In this document: piece by piece, positions 19,157 to 29,734 of the stretch
Numbering within the stretch: position 1 is the stretch's first letter
Layout of the letters: the number at the start of each line of letters is the position of its first letter
DNA from: an uncultured Pelagibacteraceae bacterium
Lineage (GTDB): Bacteria; Pseudomonadota; Alphaproteobacteria; Pelagibacterales; AG-422-B15
Assembly (NCBI GenBank): GCA_902598405.1
Contig: CACKBQ010000002.1
Coordinates: 1,780 to 65,779 of the forward strand
Direction: 5' to 3'
DNA length: 64,000 nucleotides
Position numbers and translations under genes: made by a program
Notes under the pieces: model-generated
What the model saw: the letters and a program-made list of their open reading frames with translations, nothing else
Told to the model about the DNA's origin: nothing
Database searches by the model: none

Positions 19157-20026
19157 CTATTCTGATCCATCGAGATTGAGCAGGCCTTTATAAAGTTCAG
19201 GTCTACGATCTCTAAAAACCCCCCAAACATTTCTTAATGTTTCAGCTTCTGACAAATTAATCTTTCCTATTAGCACTTCTTCTCTATCTCTACTTCCTTC
19301 TGCAATCTTATCGCCAGTGTGATTAGTTACAAAGGAACGGCCATAGAAATAGTTTTCAATATCAATTCCTTTTTCAGTTCCAATCCTATTTGAAGCAATA
19401 ACTGGTATTTGATTTGATGCAGCGTGACCAATCATTGCTCTTTGCCACATGTCAGAGCTATCAAATCCATCATCTTCTGGCTCTCCACCAATAGCGGTTG
19501 GATAAAGTAATAATTCTGCACCATTTAAAACCATGGACCTTGCGGCTTCCGGAAACCACTGATCCCAACATATACCAACTCCAATCTTAGCGTATTTTGT
19601 ATTCCATACTTTGAAACCCGTATCTCCAGGATTAAAATAAAATTTTTCCTGGTAGCCGGGTCCATCAGGAATGTGCGACTTTCTGTATTTTCCTAATACG
19701 CTCCCATCTGCATCTACAATTGCAACTGAATTATAATGAGCTCTATTTGCTTTTTCAAAAAAACTTACTGGCAAAACAACTTTCAGCTCTTTAGCTAATT
19801 CTGAAAATTTCTTTATTGTTGGATGGTTATCAAAGGGTTTTGATAATTCAAATAGTTCTTCTTTTTGGTCCATACAAAAATATTGCGACTCAAATAACTC
19901 TTGAATTAAAATTATTTGAGCACCTTTGGAAGCAGCCTGTCTTACAAGCTTCTCAGCATTGCTTACATTCTTATCGGTATCATTAGAGCAAGCCATTTGT
20001 GTTGCTGCTACTGTTACTTCTCTCAC
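19157..20026 (-). CDS. aguB: N-carbamoylputrescine amidase
   Basis: Nitrilase triad motifs QELF, YRKSHIPDGPGYQEKFYF, GICWDQWFPE; adjacent to aguA. Confidence 0.95.
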   Translation of the reverse strand: MREVTVAATQMACSNDTDKNVSNAEKLVRQAASKGAQIILIQELFESQYFCMDQKEELFELSKPFDNHPTIKKFSELAKELKVVLPVSFFEKANRAHYNSVAIVDADGSVLGKYRKSHIPDGPGYQEKFYFNPGDTGFKVWNTKYAKIGVGICWDQWFPEAARSMVLNGAELLLYPTAIGGEPEDDGFDSSDMWQRAMIGHAASNQIPVIASNRIGTEKGIDIENYFYGRSFVTNHTGDKIAEGSRDREEVLIGKINLSEAETLRNVWGVFRDRRPELYKGLLNLDGSE

Positions 20027-21061
20027 TATTTACTCCTTGGTTGCTGTTGTGTGATGCAGTGTACACCACCTCCTCCCAAAAGTATATGAGACCCATCAAG
20101 AGTAACTACTTTTCGATCAGGAAATGAACTTTTTACTTTATCTAAAGCATTTTGATCCGCCTTTACATCACCAAAAATCGGAAGAATTACAGCTGAATTT
20201 GCAATGTAGAAATTAATATATGAGCATGGCTCATCGTCATTTGGTATTATTCTTTTATAAGACATCTCTAACTCAATTACATCTAAGTCATTTCCATTTG
20301 CATCTTTTGAAGTTTTTAAAATTTCTAGATTTTCATTTAGTAAGTCATAATATGGATCTTGTTTGTCTTGACATGTCATAGCCATAACTCTTCCAGGTGA
20401 GACAAAACATGCAACATTATCTACATGACCATTTGTTCCTTCATCTGTTCCATGTTTCAACCAAATAATATTCTTAACTCCAAAAAAATTCTTAAGGTTT
20501 GCTTCAATTTCTAATTTGGAAAGATTAGGATTTCTATTCTCATGGAGTAGGCATTGCTCTGTAGTTATTAATGTTCCATTGCCGTCAACATCAATTGAGC
20601 CACCCTCGAGCACCATATTGTTTTTAAAATATTTGGCCCCAGTTTTTTCAATCATCATTTTTGCTACTTTATCGTCAAGCTCATAATTTTCTTGATAACC
20701 CCAACAATTAAAATCTGAATCCACCCCTGCTAATCCATGATTATCATCTAAAAGAAATATAGCACCTGAATCCCTTGACCATGCGTCATTAATAGGAAAC
20801 TCGATAATATCTATTTTTTCACTTAATAGACTTTTTGCGCTAGCAGAGTCCTTTGGATGAACTATCATTTTAGTTTTTTTCAAATTTTGAGATAGCATTT
20901 GCAACGTTTGCCCATGCATTTCTTCCCTTTTGATAATCAAAATGTGACCAAGATGATGTTACATCTGTAGGAAATGTCTCTGTTGGCCATTGCATCCAGC
21001 AACACTCGTGAGGAAACCATTCAGCTGGCATTGTATAAGAATTTTCGATTGGCACGCTCAT
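20026..21061 (-). CDS. aguA: Agmatine deiminase (one +1 homopolymer frameshift at T7 20874-20880, probably an artifact)
   Basis: MPAEWFPH..WMQWP in the upstream piece; DAWSRDSG, LEGGSIDVDG, TNGHVDN, GGGVHCITQQQP downstream; GAGG SD before ATG 21061. Confidence 0.9.
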
Positions 21062-21073
21062 TAATAACCTCAT

Positions 21074-21150
<77 letters not shown>

Positions 21151-21161
21151 AAACGAGTGAG

Positions 21162-21190
21162 AATGTATCTAAAAACAGATAAATCTTCAA
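21162..21190 (-). promoter_or_regulatory. Sigma70-type promoter upstream of tRNA-Pro
   Basis: TTGAAG-17 bp-TACATT on the minus strand, ending 11 nt before the tRNA 5' end. Confidence 0.5.
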
Positions 21191-21191
21191 T

Positions 21192-22136
21192 CTATTTAAG
21201 AAAATCTAATAGTATATTATTTACTTCTTCAGGCTTCTCCTGTTGTACCCAATGACCTGCATTTTTAATTATATGATTTGAGACAAGGTTTTCATGTAGG
21301 GCTGGATTTATCAAACTCCACTTAGCCACAGGATCGTGCTCGCCCACAATAAAACATGAAGGAGGTGATATTTTTTTCTCATGAGTATCTTTTGTAATTT
21401 CCCAATTTTTGTCAATGTTTCGATACCAGTTAATTGGTCCGCGCATTCCTCCATTTTCAAATTCTTTAAGATAAAAATCAAAATCCTCTTCTGACATAAA
21501 ATCAGGAATTTTATTATGTTCACCAAGTGAATCTAAGAAAGTCATCTCATCTGTATACGGCTTAGGTTCAAAAGTTTGTGACTCTTCTCCATCGCTTGTG
21601 AGAGAACTATATACTGCAATCAAAGATTTTCTCATGTCTTGCTCTAATTCCTTTTCGACACGTCCCTCTTCTTGGAAATAAATCATATAAAAAAATACGT
21701 CTTTGAATAAAAATTTCATTGTTTCAATCGGCGGCATTTTTGAAACTACATATGGCACACTCATTCCACAAACTTTATTAACTCGGTCAGGATGATATAA
21801 TGACGTATTCCAAGCAACTGGCGCTCCCCAGTCGTGTCCAATTAGAGAAAAATTATCTTCATTCATCTCATCTGCTATAGCAATAATATCTGAAGTGAGC
21901 TCCATAATATTGTAAGCATCGATTTCAGTTGGCTTTGAAGTTTTTCCGTAACCTCTCATATCTGGTACTGCTACTTTGAAACCGTTTTTAACTAAAGAAG
22001 TAATCTGATGTCTCCAAGAATACCATGACTCTGGCCACCCATGAGCCATTATTACTAATGGACCCTTTCCATCAATATATGTATTGATTTCGATATTCTT
22101 ATTTTTAATAATTTTAAAATTTTTCTTATTAAACAT
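21192..22136 (-). CDS. Alpha/beta hydrolase, epoxide hydrolase family
   Basis: HGWPESWYSWRHQ, PDMRGYG, GHDWGA nucleophile, GHWVQQEKP. Confidence 0.9.
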   Translation of the reverse strand: MFNKKNFKIIKNKNIEINTYIDGKGPLVIMAHGWPESWYSWRHQITSLVKNGFKVAVPDMRGYGKTSKPTEIDAYNIMELTSDIIAIADEMNEDNFSLIGHDWGAPVAWNTSLYHPDRVNKVCGMSVPYVVSKMPPIETMKFLFKDVFFYMIYFQEEGRVEKELEQDMRKSLIAVYSSLTSDGEESQTFEPKPYTDEMTFLDSLGEHNKIPDFMSEEDFDFYLKEFENGGMRGPINWYRNIDKNWEITKDTHEKKISPPSCFIVGEHDPVAKWSLINPALHENLVSNHIIKNAGHWVQQEKPEEVNNILLDFLK

Positions 22137-22138
22137 TG

Positions 22139-22573
22139 TTAAGATGGATCCTTTTTTCCGTGATTTCTTAAAATTTTAAAAATCCCGTCTGATGTAAAAA
22201 TAATCTTATCATCTATGAATAAGTTACACTTCATAAATAAAATTGATTTTGTTTCTCTCGTAATTTCTGCAAAACCATATACCCAGGATCCTTTTGGAGC
22301 GGGACCTACATAATTAGCGTTTAGTTTAGCAGTTAAGCACGGGAATGAGTCTTTTTTCCAAGCAGTATACCCCATAATTCCATCTGCAAATGCAATCAGT
22401 GTACCTCCATGCGCTATACCGGCTTTATTGCAATTAATTTCCTCAACCGTAAATCCTTTATAAAAAATTCCATCGAGTTCTAAATTATAAAGAAAACCAT
22501 TATTTTTTGAGAACGGTCCAGGATCAGTATCCTTGGTATAGTTTTTTATATTTTTTAATATGTTAGTTTGCAT
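22139..22573 (-). CDS. PaaI-family (hotdog fold) thioesterase
   Basis: NKAGIAHGGTLIAFAD motif. Confidence 0.85.
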   Translation of the reverse strand: MQTNILKNIKNYTKDTDPGPFSKNNGFLYNLELDGIFYKGFTVEEINCNKAGIAHGGTLIAFADGIMGYTAWKKDSFPCLTAKLNANYVGPAPKGSWVYGFAEITRETKSILFMKCNLFIDDKIIFTSDGIFKILRNHGKKDPS

Positions 22574-22624
22574 TGCAAAAATATATTTGATTAATGATGA
22601 ATGATAAATATATAATTGATTGAA

Positions 22625-22705
22625 GATTATGGGGAGCTATTGCTGAGAGGTTCCAAATAACGGAACGACCCAAAACCTGATCTAGATAATGCTAGCGGAG
22701 GAAAT
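22625..22705 (+). promoter_or_regulatory. TPP riboswitch
   Basis: GGGG-AGC..GCTGAGAG-(GTTCC/GGAAC)-GACCC..ACCTGATCTAGATAATGCTAGCGGAGG directly upstream of thiB; candidate promoter TTGATT(22587)-18 bp-TATAAT(22611). Confidence 0.9.
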
Positions 22706-23602
22706 ATGCAGAAAATATCAATTATTTTATTTTTTTTTATTTTTTTAAACAACTCATTTGCCCAAGAAAAATTGGTTGTTGGAACCTACGACTCTTTCTC
22801 AGCTGATTGGGGGCCAGGACCTATTATAGAAGAAAAGTTTGAAAAAATTTGCAATTGCGATCTTCAATTCATCTCAACCAGTCAAGCAGGTACTTTAAAT
22901 AATGAAATTTTTCTGAATGGTAAGGATGTGATTCTTGGCGTAGAAATGCACGAATTTAATTATTCAATTGAAGATTGGCATGAGTATGATCATGGTTTCT
23001 TTTCGTTTATTTATGACAGTAGTAAACTAACTAACCCACCTAAAACTTTTGATGAATTGGTAAATCGTGAAGATCTTAAAATCGTTGTGCAAGATCCTCG
23101 TACAAGTCCAGTTGGCATTGGTTTGTTAAGGTGGATGAAATCAATATTTAAAGATGACTTCTCTAATAAGTTAAAACAATTAGATCAAAATATAATAACA
23201 TACTCGCCAGGATGGTCTGAGGCTTATGGAATTTTTCTTGAAGGAAATGCAGACCTTGTTTTGAGTTATAGCACTTCACCATTTTATCACCAAGAATATG
23301 AAAATGAATACAAATACAAGTCACTTAATTTTACTGAGGGTCACTTAGCCACAAGGGAGATTGTTTATGTTCGAGAGGAGTCAATGAATCAAAAACTTGC
23401 AAAAAAATTTATAGATTTCATTATTGAGGATGAAATTCAAAAAATAATATCTTCAATGAACATTATGTATCCATCAGTTGAAAAAACTGAACTAGTTCCG
23501 GAAAAAATGAAAAATTTAATAAAACCAAAAGAGATTGATTATAAAGTATTTCTAGAGTCTGAACCATTAATTGAAACTTGGCTTGAGACTATTGCAGGCT
23601 AA
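22706..23602 (+). CDS. thiB: Thiamine ABC transporter substrate-binding protein
   Basis: TYDSFSADWGPGP, QDPRTSPVGIG, GWSEAYGIFLEGNADLVLSYSTSP; follows a TPP riboswitch. Confidence 0.92.
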   Translation: MQKISIILFFFIFLNNSFAQEKLVVGTYDSFSADWGPGPIIEEKFEKICNCDLQFISTSQAGTLNNEIFLNGKDVILGVEMHEFNYSIEDWHEYDHGFFSFIYDSSKLTNPPKTFDELVNREDLKIVVQDPRTSPVGIGLLRWMKSIFKDDFSNKLKQLDQNIITYSPGWSEAYGIFLEGNADLVLSYSTSPFYHQEYENEYKYKSLNFTEGHLATREIVYVREESMNQKLAKKFIDFIIEDEIQKIISSMNIMYPSVEKTELVPEKMKNLIKPKEIDYKVFLESEPLIETWLETIAG

Positions 23603-25115
23603 TATAAAAAATTTAATTCCAATAGGAGTTTTTTTTCTCGTTTTAGCGGCAGTTGTGTTGCCTGTATTTAGTTTAGTTTATTATTACAATTTTAGTTTCA
23701 CACTTAATTTCTCAAATTATTATTTTACCATTATTTTTTTTACAATCTTTCAATCATTTGCCTCTGCCTTTTTTTCTATAGTAATAGGTACCGTATTTGC
23801 ACTTTTATTAATAAGGCACAGGCATCATAAAACCATAAAACTTATCGTAAATTTTTTGTCAATTTTATTTGTATTACCAACAATATTATCAGTATTGGGT
23901 ATCTTAACATTTTACGGACAATATTTTTCTATTTATGGAATAATTGGCATATTACTTGGTCATACAATTTTAAACACTCCATTAATAACAAGAATTATAT
24001 TTCAAAGTCTAAATGATATCAGTTCAAATGAATATATGCTTGCAAAACAAATGTCTTTGGACAAGTTAGGAATTTTCTTTGCTATTGAATGGCCTATTAT
24101 AAAAAAAAATATACCCAGTCTCTTTGTTATTGTCTTTTTTATATGCTTTGTAAGCTTTACCCCAGTTTTAATTCTGGGTGGAAGCCCAAAATATTCAACT
24201 TTAGAAGTAGCGATTTATTATTCTGTAATTTTTAATAATGATTTTGATGCAGCCCTAAATTTATTGCTAATACAATTATCAATATGTCTTTTCATATACG
24301 CTGCTTTCTTTAAAAATTTTAAAAGTTCAAATTTTATAATTGATGAACAAAGAAATTTTTATGAAAATAAAAAAAGAGGATTTTCTTTCTATTTTGAAAT
24401 TATATTCATAATACTGATTTCTATTTTTATTTTTTCTCCGATATGCTTCATAATCTTAAATGGATTCAATAAAGAACTAATAAATATATTTTCATCATCA
24501 TATTTATGGCATGCAATAAATAACACATTTGTGATTTGTTTTTTTTCAGGAACTATTTCAGTTTTTGTAGCTCTCAACTACCTTAATTTGATCTATCGCA
24601 AAAAATATTTTACAGAAATATTGATTTATTCACTTATTATATTTTCGCCAGTTGTAATGGCTGTTGGATATTATATTTTATTATTTAAAATCAGCATGTT
24701 TGATATACCGAATATTCTTATTGTAATCGTTCTAAACGCAATTTTTTCGCTGCCATTTACATATAACTTTCTAGCACCGTCTTACTTTAAAGTTACGCAT
24801 GAGAATGAAGACATCTCAAAAAGTATCAACATGTATGGATTACAGAGATTTCTAATTATTGACTTTCCTAGACTAAAAGTACCAATAATTACCGCTTTCT
24901 CAGTATCTTCAATATTATCTGCAAGTGATCTCGTTATCATTTCCTTTTTTGGTACGAATAGCTTGTCAACTCTAACTCAAACAATATATAGACTTATGGG
25001 AAGTTATAGGATGGATGAAGCATATTCAGTTTCTCTAATATTGCTAATGTTTTGCATCTGTTACTTTGGAGCTTCATACGTATTTATGAAAGGTAAGTTA
25101 TGGAACACTCATTAG
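23571..25115 (+). CDS. thiP: Thiamine ABC transporter permease
   Basis: Duplicated ABC permease, FTIFQSFASA, LGGSPKYSTLEVAIY, YRLMGSYR; start position uncertain. Confidence 0.85.
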   Translation: MKLGLRLLQANIKNLIPIGVFFLVLAAVVLPVFSLVYYYNFSFTLNFSNYYFTIIFFTIFQSFASAFFSIVIGTVFALLLIRHRHHKTIKLIVNFLSILFVLPTILSVLGILTFYGQYFSIYGIIGILLGHTILNTPLITRIIFQSLNDISSNEYMLAKQMSLDKLGIFFAIEWPIIKKNIPSLFVIVFFICFVSFTPVLILGGSPKYSTLEVAIYYSVIFNNDFDAALNLLLIQLSICLFIYAAFFKNFKSSNFIIDEQRNFYENKKRGFSFYFEIIFIILISIFIFSPICFIILNGFNKELINIFSSSYLWHAINNTFVICFFSGTISVFVALNYLNLIYRKKYFTEILIYSLIIFSPVVMAVGYYILLFKISMFDIPNILIVIVLNAIFSLPFTYNFLAPSYFKVTHENEDISKSINMYGLQRFLIIDFPRLKVPIITAFSVSSILSASDLVIISFFGTNSLSTLTQTIYRLMGSYRMDEAYSVSLILLMFCICYFGASYVFMKGKLWNTH

Positions 25116-26392
25116 ATTTAACCTATCACTGGGCTGGTTTCTCAGCTTTAGTTGTCTTTGTCATCGCTTATGCATTTGTGATGGCAGAAGAATTCACTCA
25201 TTTAAGAAAATCAAAACCGGTTGTACTTGCGGCTGGCTTAATATGGGGAATGATTGCAATTGCATATTCCAACACTCCTCATTACGAAATGGTTGAACAT
25301 GAAATTAGACACAGCTTTCTAGAATATACAGAACTTGCTTTTTTTCTCTTAGTTGCAATGACATATATAAATGCTCTTGAAGAACGCAATGTGTTTAATT
25401 CTCTTAAGTCGTGGTTAATTAAAAATCAATTTAGTTACAGACAATTATTTTGGATTACAGGCGTATTAGCATTTTTCTTGTCTCCATTAGCTGATAATCT
25501 AACAACTGCTTTAGTGTTATGTGCGGTTGTAGTAGCTGTAGGTTCATCAAGTCCTAAGTTTGTTGGATTAGCCTGTGTGAATATTGTTGTTGCTGCAAAT
25601 GCAGGTGGTGCATTCAGTCCTTTTGGCGATATTACAACTTTAATGGTATGGCAAGCTGGTCAATTAGACTTCTTACAATTCTTTGCTTTGGTTATTCCAT
25701 CTGTTGTAAATTATATTATTCCTGCAAGCATAATGCACTTTTTTGTTTCAGATCATAAGCCCGATGTTGCAGAGACAAGCGTAACAATCAAATATGGCGG
25801 AAAGACAATTATTCTACTTGGTCTTTTAACAATTGTGACTGCTGTAAGTTTTCATAATTTTTTACATCTTCCTCCAGTGTTTGGAATGATGACTGGTCTG
25901 GCATACTTACAGCTCTACAGTTTTTATATTAAAATCAGTGTTAAAGACATTGAGGAGCAAAAATATGACTTCTTCGAGAATGTTGCTCGTGTTGAGTGGG
26001 ATACATTATTATTTTTCTTTGGTGTAATTCTGTCTGTTGGAGGCCTGGGATTCATAGGCTATCTAGAATACGTATCAGAATTTATGTACACAGACTTGGG
26101 TGCAACTACTGCCAATGTCTTAGTTGGCATACTCTCAGCTATTGTAGATAATATTCCAGTGATGTTTGCAGTATTAACAATGGAACCTGCGATGCCAGAC
26201 TCACAATGGCTGCTTGTTACTTTAACTGCTGGTGTTGGCGGCAGTATGTTGTCTATTGGATCAGCAGCAGGCGTTGCTTTAATGGGTCAGTCAAGAGGTA
26301 TGTATACTTTCTTTGGTCATTTAAAATGGACACCAATTATTGCAATTGGATACTTTGCAAGTGTCTATGTTCATATATTGATAAATTTTTAA
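25100..26392 (+). CDS. nhaD: Na+/H+ antiporter NhaD
   Basis: EEFTHLRKSKP, ADNLTTAL, ANAGGAFSPFGDITTLMVW, SAIVDNIP, GGSMLSIGSAAG. Confidence 0.92.
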   Translation: MEHSLDLTYHWAGFSALVVFVIAYAFVMAEEFTHLRKSKPVVLAAGLIWGMIAIAYSNTPHYEMVEHEIRHSFLEYTELAFFLLVAMTYINALEERNVFNSLKSWLIKNQFSYRQLFWITGVLAFFLSPLADNLTTALVLCAVVVAVGSSSPKFVGLACVNIVVAANAGGAFSPFGDITTLMVWQAGQLDFLQFFALVIPSVVNYIIPASIMHFFVSDHKPDVAETSVTIKYGGKTIILLGLLTIVTAVSFHNFLHLPPVFGMMTGLAYLQLYSFYIKISVKDIEEQKYDFFENVARVEWDTLLFFFGVILSVGGLGFIGYLEYVSEFMYTDLGATTANVLVGILSAIVDNIPVMFAVLTMEPAMPDSQWLLVTLTAGVGGSMLSIGSAAGVALMGQSRGMYTFFGHLKWTPIIAIGYFASVYVHILINF

Positions 26393-26398
26393 TTCAGA

Positions 26399-26944
26399 AT
26401 GAGAGTTTTTTTAACTATTTGCCTTATATTTCTCTTAAACACAGGATCCTCAATGTCAGAAAATGCATATAGTTATTCTTTTAAAGATATTAATGAAGAA
26501 GATGTGATTAACCTGTCAGACTACAAGGGTAAAACGCTTGTCGTTGTAAACACTGCAAGTTTATGCGGTTTTACTTATCAATACGATGGGCTACAAAAAC
26601 TTTATGATGACTATAAAGATCAAGGTCTGGTTGTATTAGGTGTCCCATCAAATGATTTTGGAAATCAAGAGTCAGGTACAAATAGTGAAGTAAAAGAATT
26701 TTGTGAGAGTACTTTTAGTATAACGTTTCCACTTACAGAAAAAAATGTTGTCAAAGGTAAAGATGCACATCCATTTTTCAAATGGTCCAAAAAAGAATTA
26801 GGTTTTATCGGAGGAGTTCCTAGGTGGAATTTTCATAAAATTATAATAGGCAAAGATGGTAATGCAATTGCAGGCTATACGGCATTAACTCGTCCGTCCT
26901 CTAAAAAATTTATAAGTGAAATAGAAAAAGCTCTTCAGCTTTAA
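26399..26944 (+). CDS. gpx: Glutathione peroxidase family protein (signal peptide-like N-terminus)
   Basis: VNTASLCGFTYQY, PSNDFGNQE, PRWNFHK. Confidence 0.92.
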   Translation: MRVFLTICLIFLLNTGSSMSENAYSYSFKDINEEDVINLSDYKGKTLVVVNTASLCGFTYQYDGLQKLYDDYKDQGLVVLGVPSNDFGNQESGTNSEVKEFCESTFSITFPLTEKNVVKGKDAHPFFKWSKKELGFIGGVPRWNFHKIIIGKDGNAIAGYTALTRPSSKKFISEIEKALQL

Positions 26945-26959
26945 TTATTTTAATTACTT

Positions 26960-28442
26960 ATGAGCGATCTTTTTATTATTCTAGGAAATCAGCTTTTTGA
27001 TCCAAAACATCTAAGTAAATATAAAAAGAATAAGATATTCATGTGTGAGGATCTTGGTCTGTGTTCTTATGAAAAACATCATAAGCTAAAAATTCTTCAG
27101 TTTCTCTCCTCTATGAGAAGTTACCGAGATTTATTAATAAAGAAAGGTTTTTCAGTTGACTATTATGACTGTCAAAACAATTTTGAAAAAAAAGTATGAA
27201 GATAAATTAGAAAAATCTATAAAAAAAACATAAAATAAATAAAGTAAGCCACTTTGAAATTGAAGACTCGCCATTCGAAAAACGTATTAAAAAATATATT
27301 ATTCAAAAAAATCTTGAGCATAACGTAATACAAACACCTATGTTTCTTAATTCACGTGATGACTTTAAAAAATATCTGTCAAAACAAAAAAAAGCCTTTC
27401 ATGGCAACTTATTATAAAGAAAGTAGATTAAAATTTGACTTACTAATTGAAAACGGAAAACCTGTCGGTGGCAAATGGAGCTTTGATAAAGATAATAGAA
27501 AAAAAACTCCCACAAGACCTAAAACTTCCGAAACAACCTAAATCAAGTGAAACCAAACACACAAAACATTTAAAAAACTTCATAGAAGAAAAATTTAAAA
27601 AACACCCTGGTAGTACAAATAACTTTTGGCTACCAACAACACATAAAGATGCTTCAGATTGGCTGGACGATTTCATTAAAAATAAACTGAATTTATTTGG
27701 AGACTACGAAGACGCAGTAAGTCAAAGAGATAATATCCTGTTTCATAGCGCATTAAGCCCGCTTATTAATATAGGATTGATTACACCCCAAGAAATAATT
27801 AATAGATTAAAAAAATATAAAGGAAAGATAAGTATAAATTCACTTGAGGGATACATTAGACAAGTTATTGGATGGCGAGAATTTATGAGAGGTATTTATC
27901 ATAACTACTCGCCTAAAATGGAATCATCTAATTTTTTTAATCATAAAAGAAAACTCAAAAATGATTGGTATACTGCTGAAACAGGTATACCTCCTTTAGA
28001 TCATTCAATTAAAAATGCTCTTAATTTTGGTTGGACGCATCATATTGAACGGCTAATGATACTGTCTAGTTTAATGAACTTGTGTGAAATACACCCAAAA
28101 TATGTCTATAAATGGTTTATGGAAATGTTTGCTGACTCCTCTGAATGGGTGATGGTGCCAAATGTCTATGGGATGGGACTATTTAGTGATGGAGGCATCT
28201 TCGCAACCAAACCATATATTTGTGGTTCAAGCTATTATTTGAAAATGATGGACTTCAAAAAAGGAGAGTGGTGTGAGACTGTCGATGGTTTATATTGGAG
28301 ATTTATAAATAAAAATAGAAAATTCTTCAGTAGCAACCCAAGACTAAATATGATGGTAAATGTATTTGATAAAATGAAACAGGATCGAAAGAAAAGAATA
28401 CTACAGAAGGCAGAAATTTTTATCAGAGAGCATACAAGCTAA
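26960..28442 (+). CDS. Cryptochrome/photolyase-related protein, bacterial (6-4) photolyase type (four +1 homopolymer frameshifts, probably artifacts)
   Basis: ILGNQLF, HHKLKI, GGKWSFDKDNRK, FGDYEDA, LFHSALSP, EGYIRQVIGWREF, HHIERLM, DGGIFATKPY; pieces join on removing one A from A8 runs at 27186, 27221, 27386 and 27499. Confidence 0.88.
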
Positions 28443-28452
28443 GCAAATTTAT

Positions 28453-28635
28453 TTACTCAATCGCATTATCTATATTCATAAGTATAGGTCTTCCATCATG
28501 AGCTGTACTTAGGGGAATAATTTTTCCATCATACTGCGCGCACAAGGTTGGAGCACTTCTTTTCTGATTACCTAGATTGACCTCAAGATCAACTATAATT
28601 AGCTTTGCATCTTCAAATGTTTTTAAAATTTTCAT
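28453..28635 (-). CDS. Small hypothetical protein (60 aa)
   Basis: Strong SD AGGAGG; co-oriented with the AOX and DUF4149 genes. Confidence 0.65.
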   Translation of the reverse strand: MKILKTFEDAKLIIVDLEVNLGNQKRSAPTLCAQYDGKIIPLSTAHDGRPILMNIDNAIE

Positions 28636-28644
28636 ATTGTCCTC

Positions 28645-29058
28645 CTAATAAAAATATACAAATACAATAAAGATAGATCCAAAAAGCTGTGAAATAAATA
28701 AAACTACTGAGAAAAAATGAAGCATTTTAAATTTTTTTTCAGCCTCAACGATACCACCTTTAAATTTATCTCTATAAATATTGATTCTAGGAGTTAGATA
28801 AATGAGATTGATTAAAAAGAAAGCAGCGGAAACCAACGATATAATCAGAAAATCAAATATACTAATGACAAAAAAAACAGCACACGAAAAAATAGTAATA
28901 ATTAACCCATAAATGAACATTCTGGGGAAAATAACTCGTAATAACTTGCCTGCCTCATCTTCATTTAAAATTGAAAATACAGATGGGGTTACAACAGACA
29001 TAAAAAAAATCATAAATCCAATAATTAAAGAATGTAGAAAAATTCCAAATTCCAACAT
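28645..29058 (-). CDS. DUF4149/TMEM205-like membrane protein
   Basis: Four TM helices, VVTPSVF..L...AGKLLRVIFP, LTPRIN, KFKMLHFFSV; start moved to ATG 29058. Confidence 0.75.
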   Translation of the reverse strand: MLEFGIFLHSLIIGFMIFFMSVVTPSVFSILNEDEAGKLLRVIFPRMFIYGLIITIFSCAVFFVISIFDFLIISLVSAAFFLINLIYLTPRINIYRDKFKGGIVEAEKKFKMLHFFSVVLFISQLFGSIFIVFVYFY

Positions 29059-29065
29059 TATAATC

Positions 29066-29734
29066 TTATTTAGTATTATCTTTTGAGAGTAGTTCCTTTG
29101 AGTCTGTATAAGTCTCTTTATGGTCTTTTTGATCAATAAGTGTTACAAATTCATGATTAACATCACGGTGACCCATCTCATCGTTTCTAACAGCAATAAT
29201 AACATCTTTTAATTTTGCAAACTGTGATAAACCCCAATAATCAATTGCTATTTGTGGTGCTTTAACGTTTTCAATATTACCATTTTCAATTTCATCTAAA
29301 TATTCTGTGTAACTTATAATTGCTTGCTCCTCAAAATATCCCACAATCCTATGGCAGGTACGAGGTGATACTAAATACATTACAAAATAAAGATTAAAAA
29401 ATATTCCTTGCACTATGATCACTAAAAATCTCTCAAAAACTGATGGCTTTGCAATATTAATAAAAGTCATTAAATGCATTCTTTCGTTCTCAGCTTCATC
29501 TAAAAGTGTTTTGATCCAGCCTCTATCTTGCTCCATATTTCTAAGGCTTTTTAAGTGATTAAGCATGCCGGCGACCATTCCAGGGACAGCTGCTACAGTC
29601 TCTAATATAACCGCTCTGTGCCCGTAACGTTTTTTAAAGAAAAGATCAGCGAAAAGACGGAGGGCTTTTGTAAATAATAGAGCTATGCGGTCACTATTGT
29701 TTATCGGTTTATAGTGCTTAAACATTTCGTTCAT
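29066..29734 (-). CDS. aox: Alternative (ubiquinol) oxidase
   Basis: Di-iron motifs [30 protein letters not shown]. Confidence 0.96.
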   Translation of the reverse strand: MNEMFKHYKPINNSDRIALLFTKALRLFADLFFKKRYGHRAVILETVAAVPGMVAGMLNHLKSLRNMEQDRGWIKTLLDEAENERMHLMTFINIAKPSVFERFLVIIVQGIFFNLYFVMYLVSPRTCHRIVGYFEEQAIISYTEYLDEIENGNIENVKAPQIAIDYWGLSQFAKLKDVIIAVRNDEMGHRDVNHEFVTLIDQKDHKETYTDSKELLSKDNTK

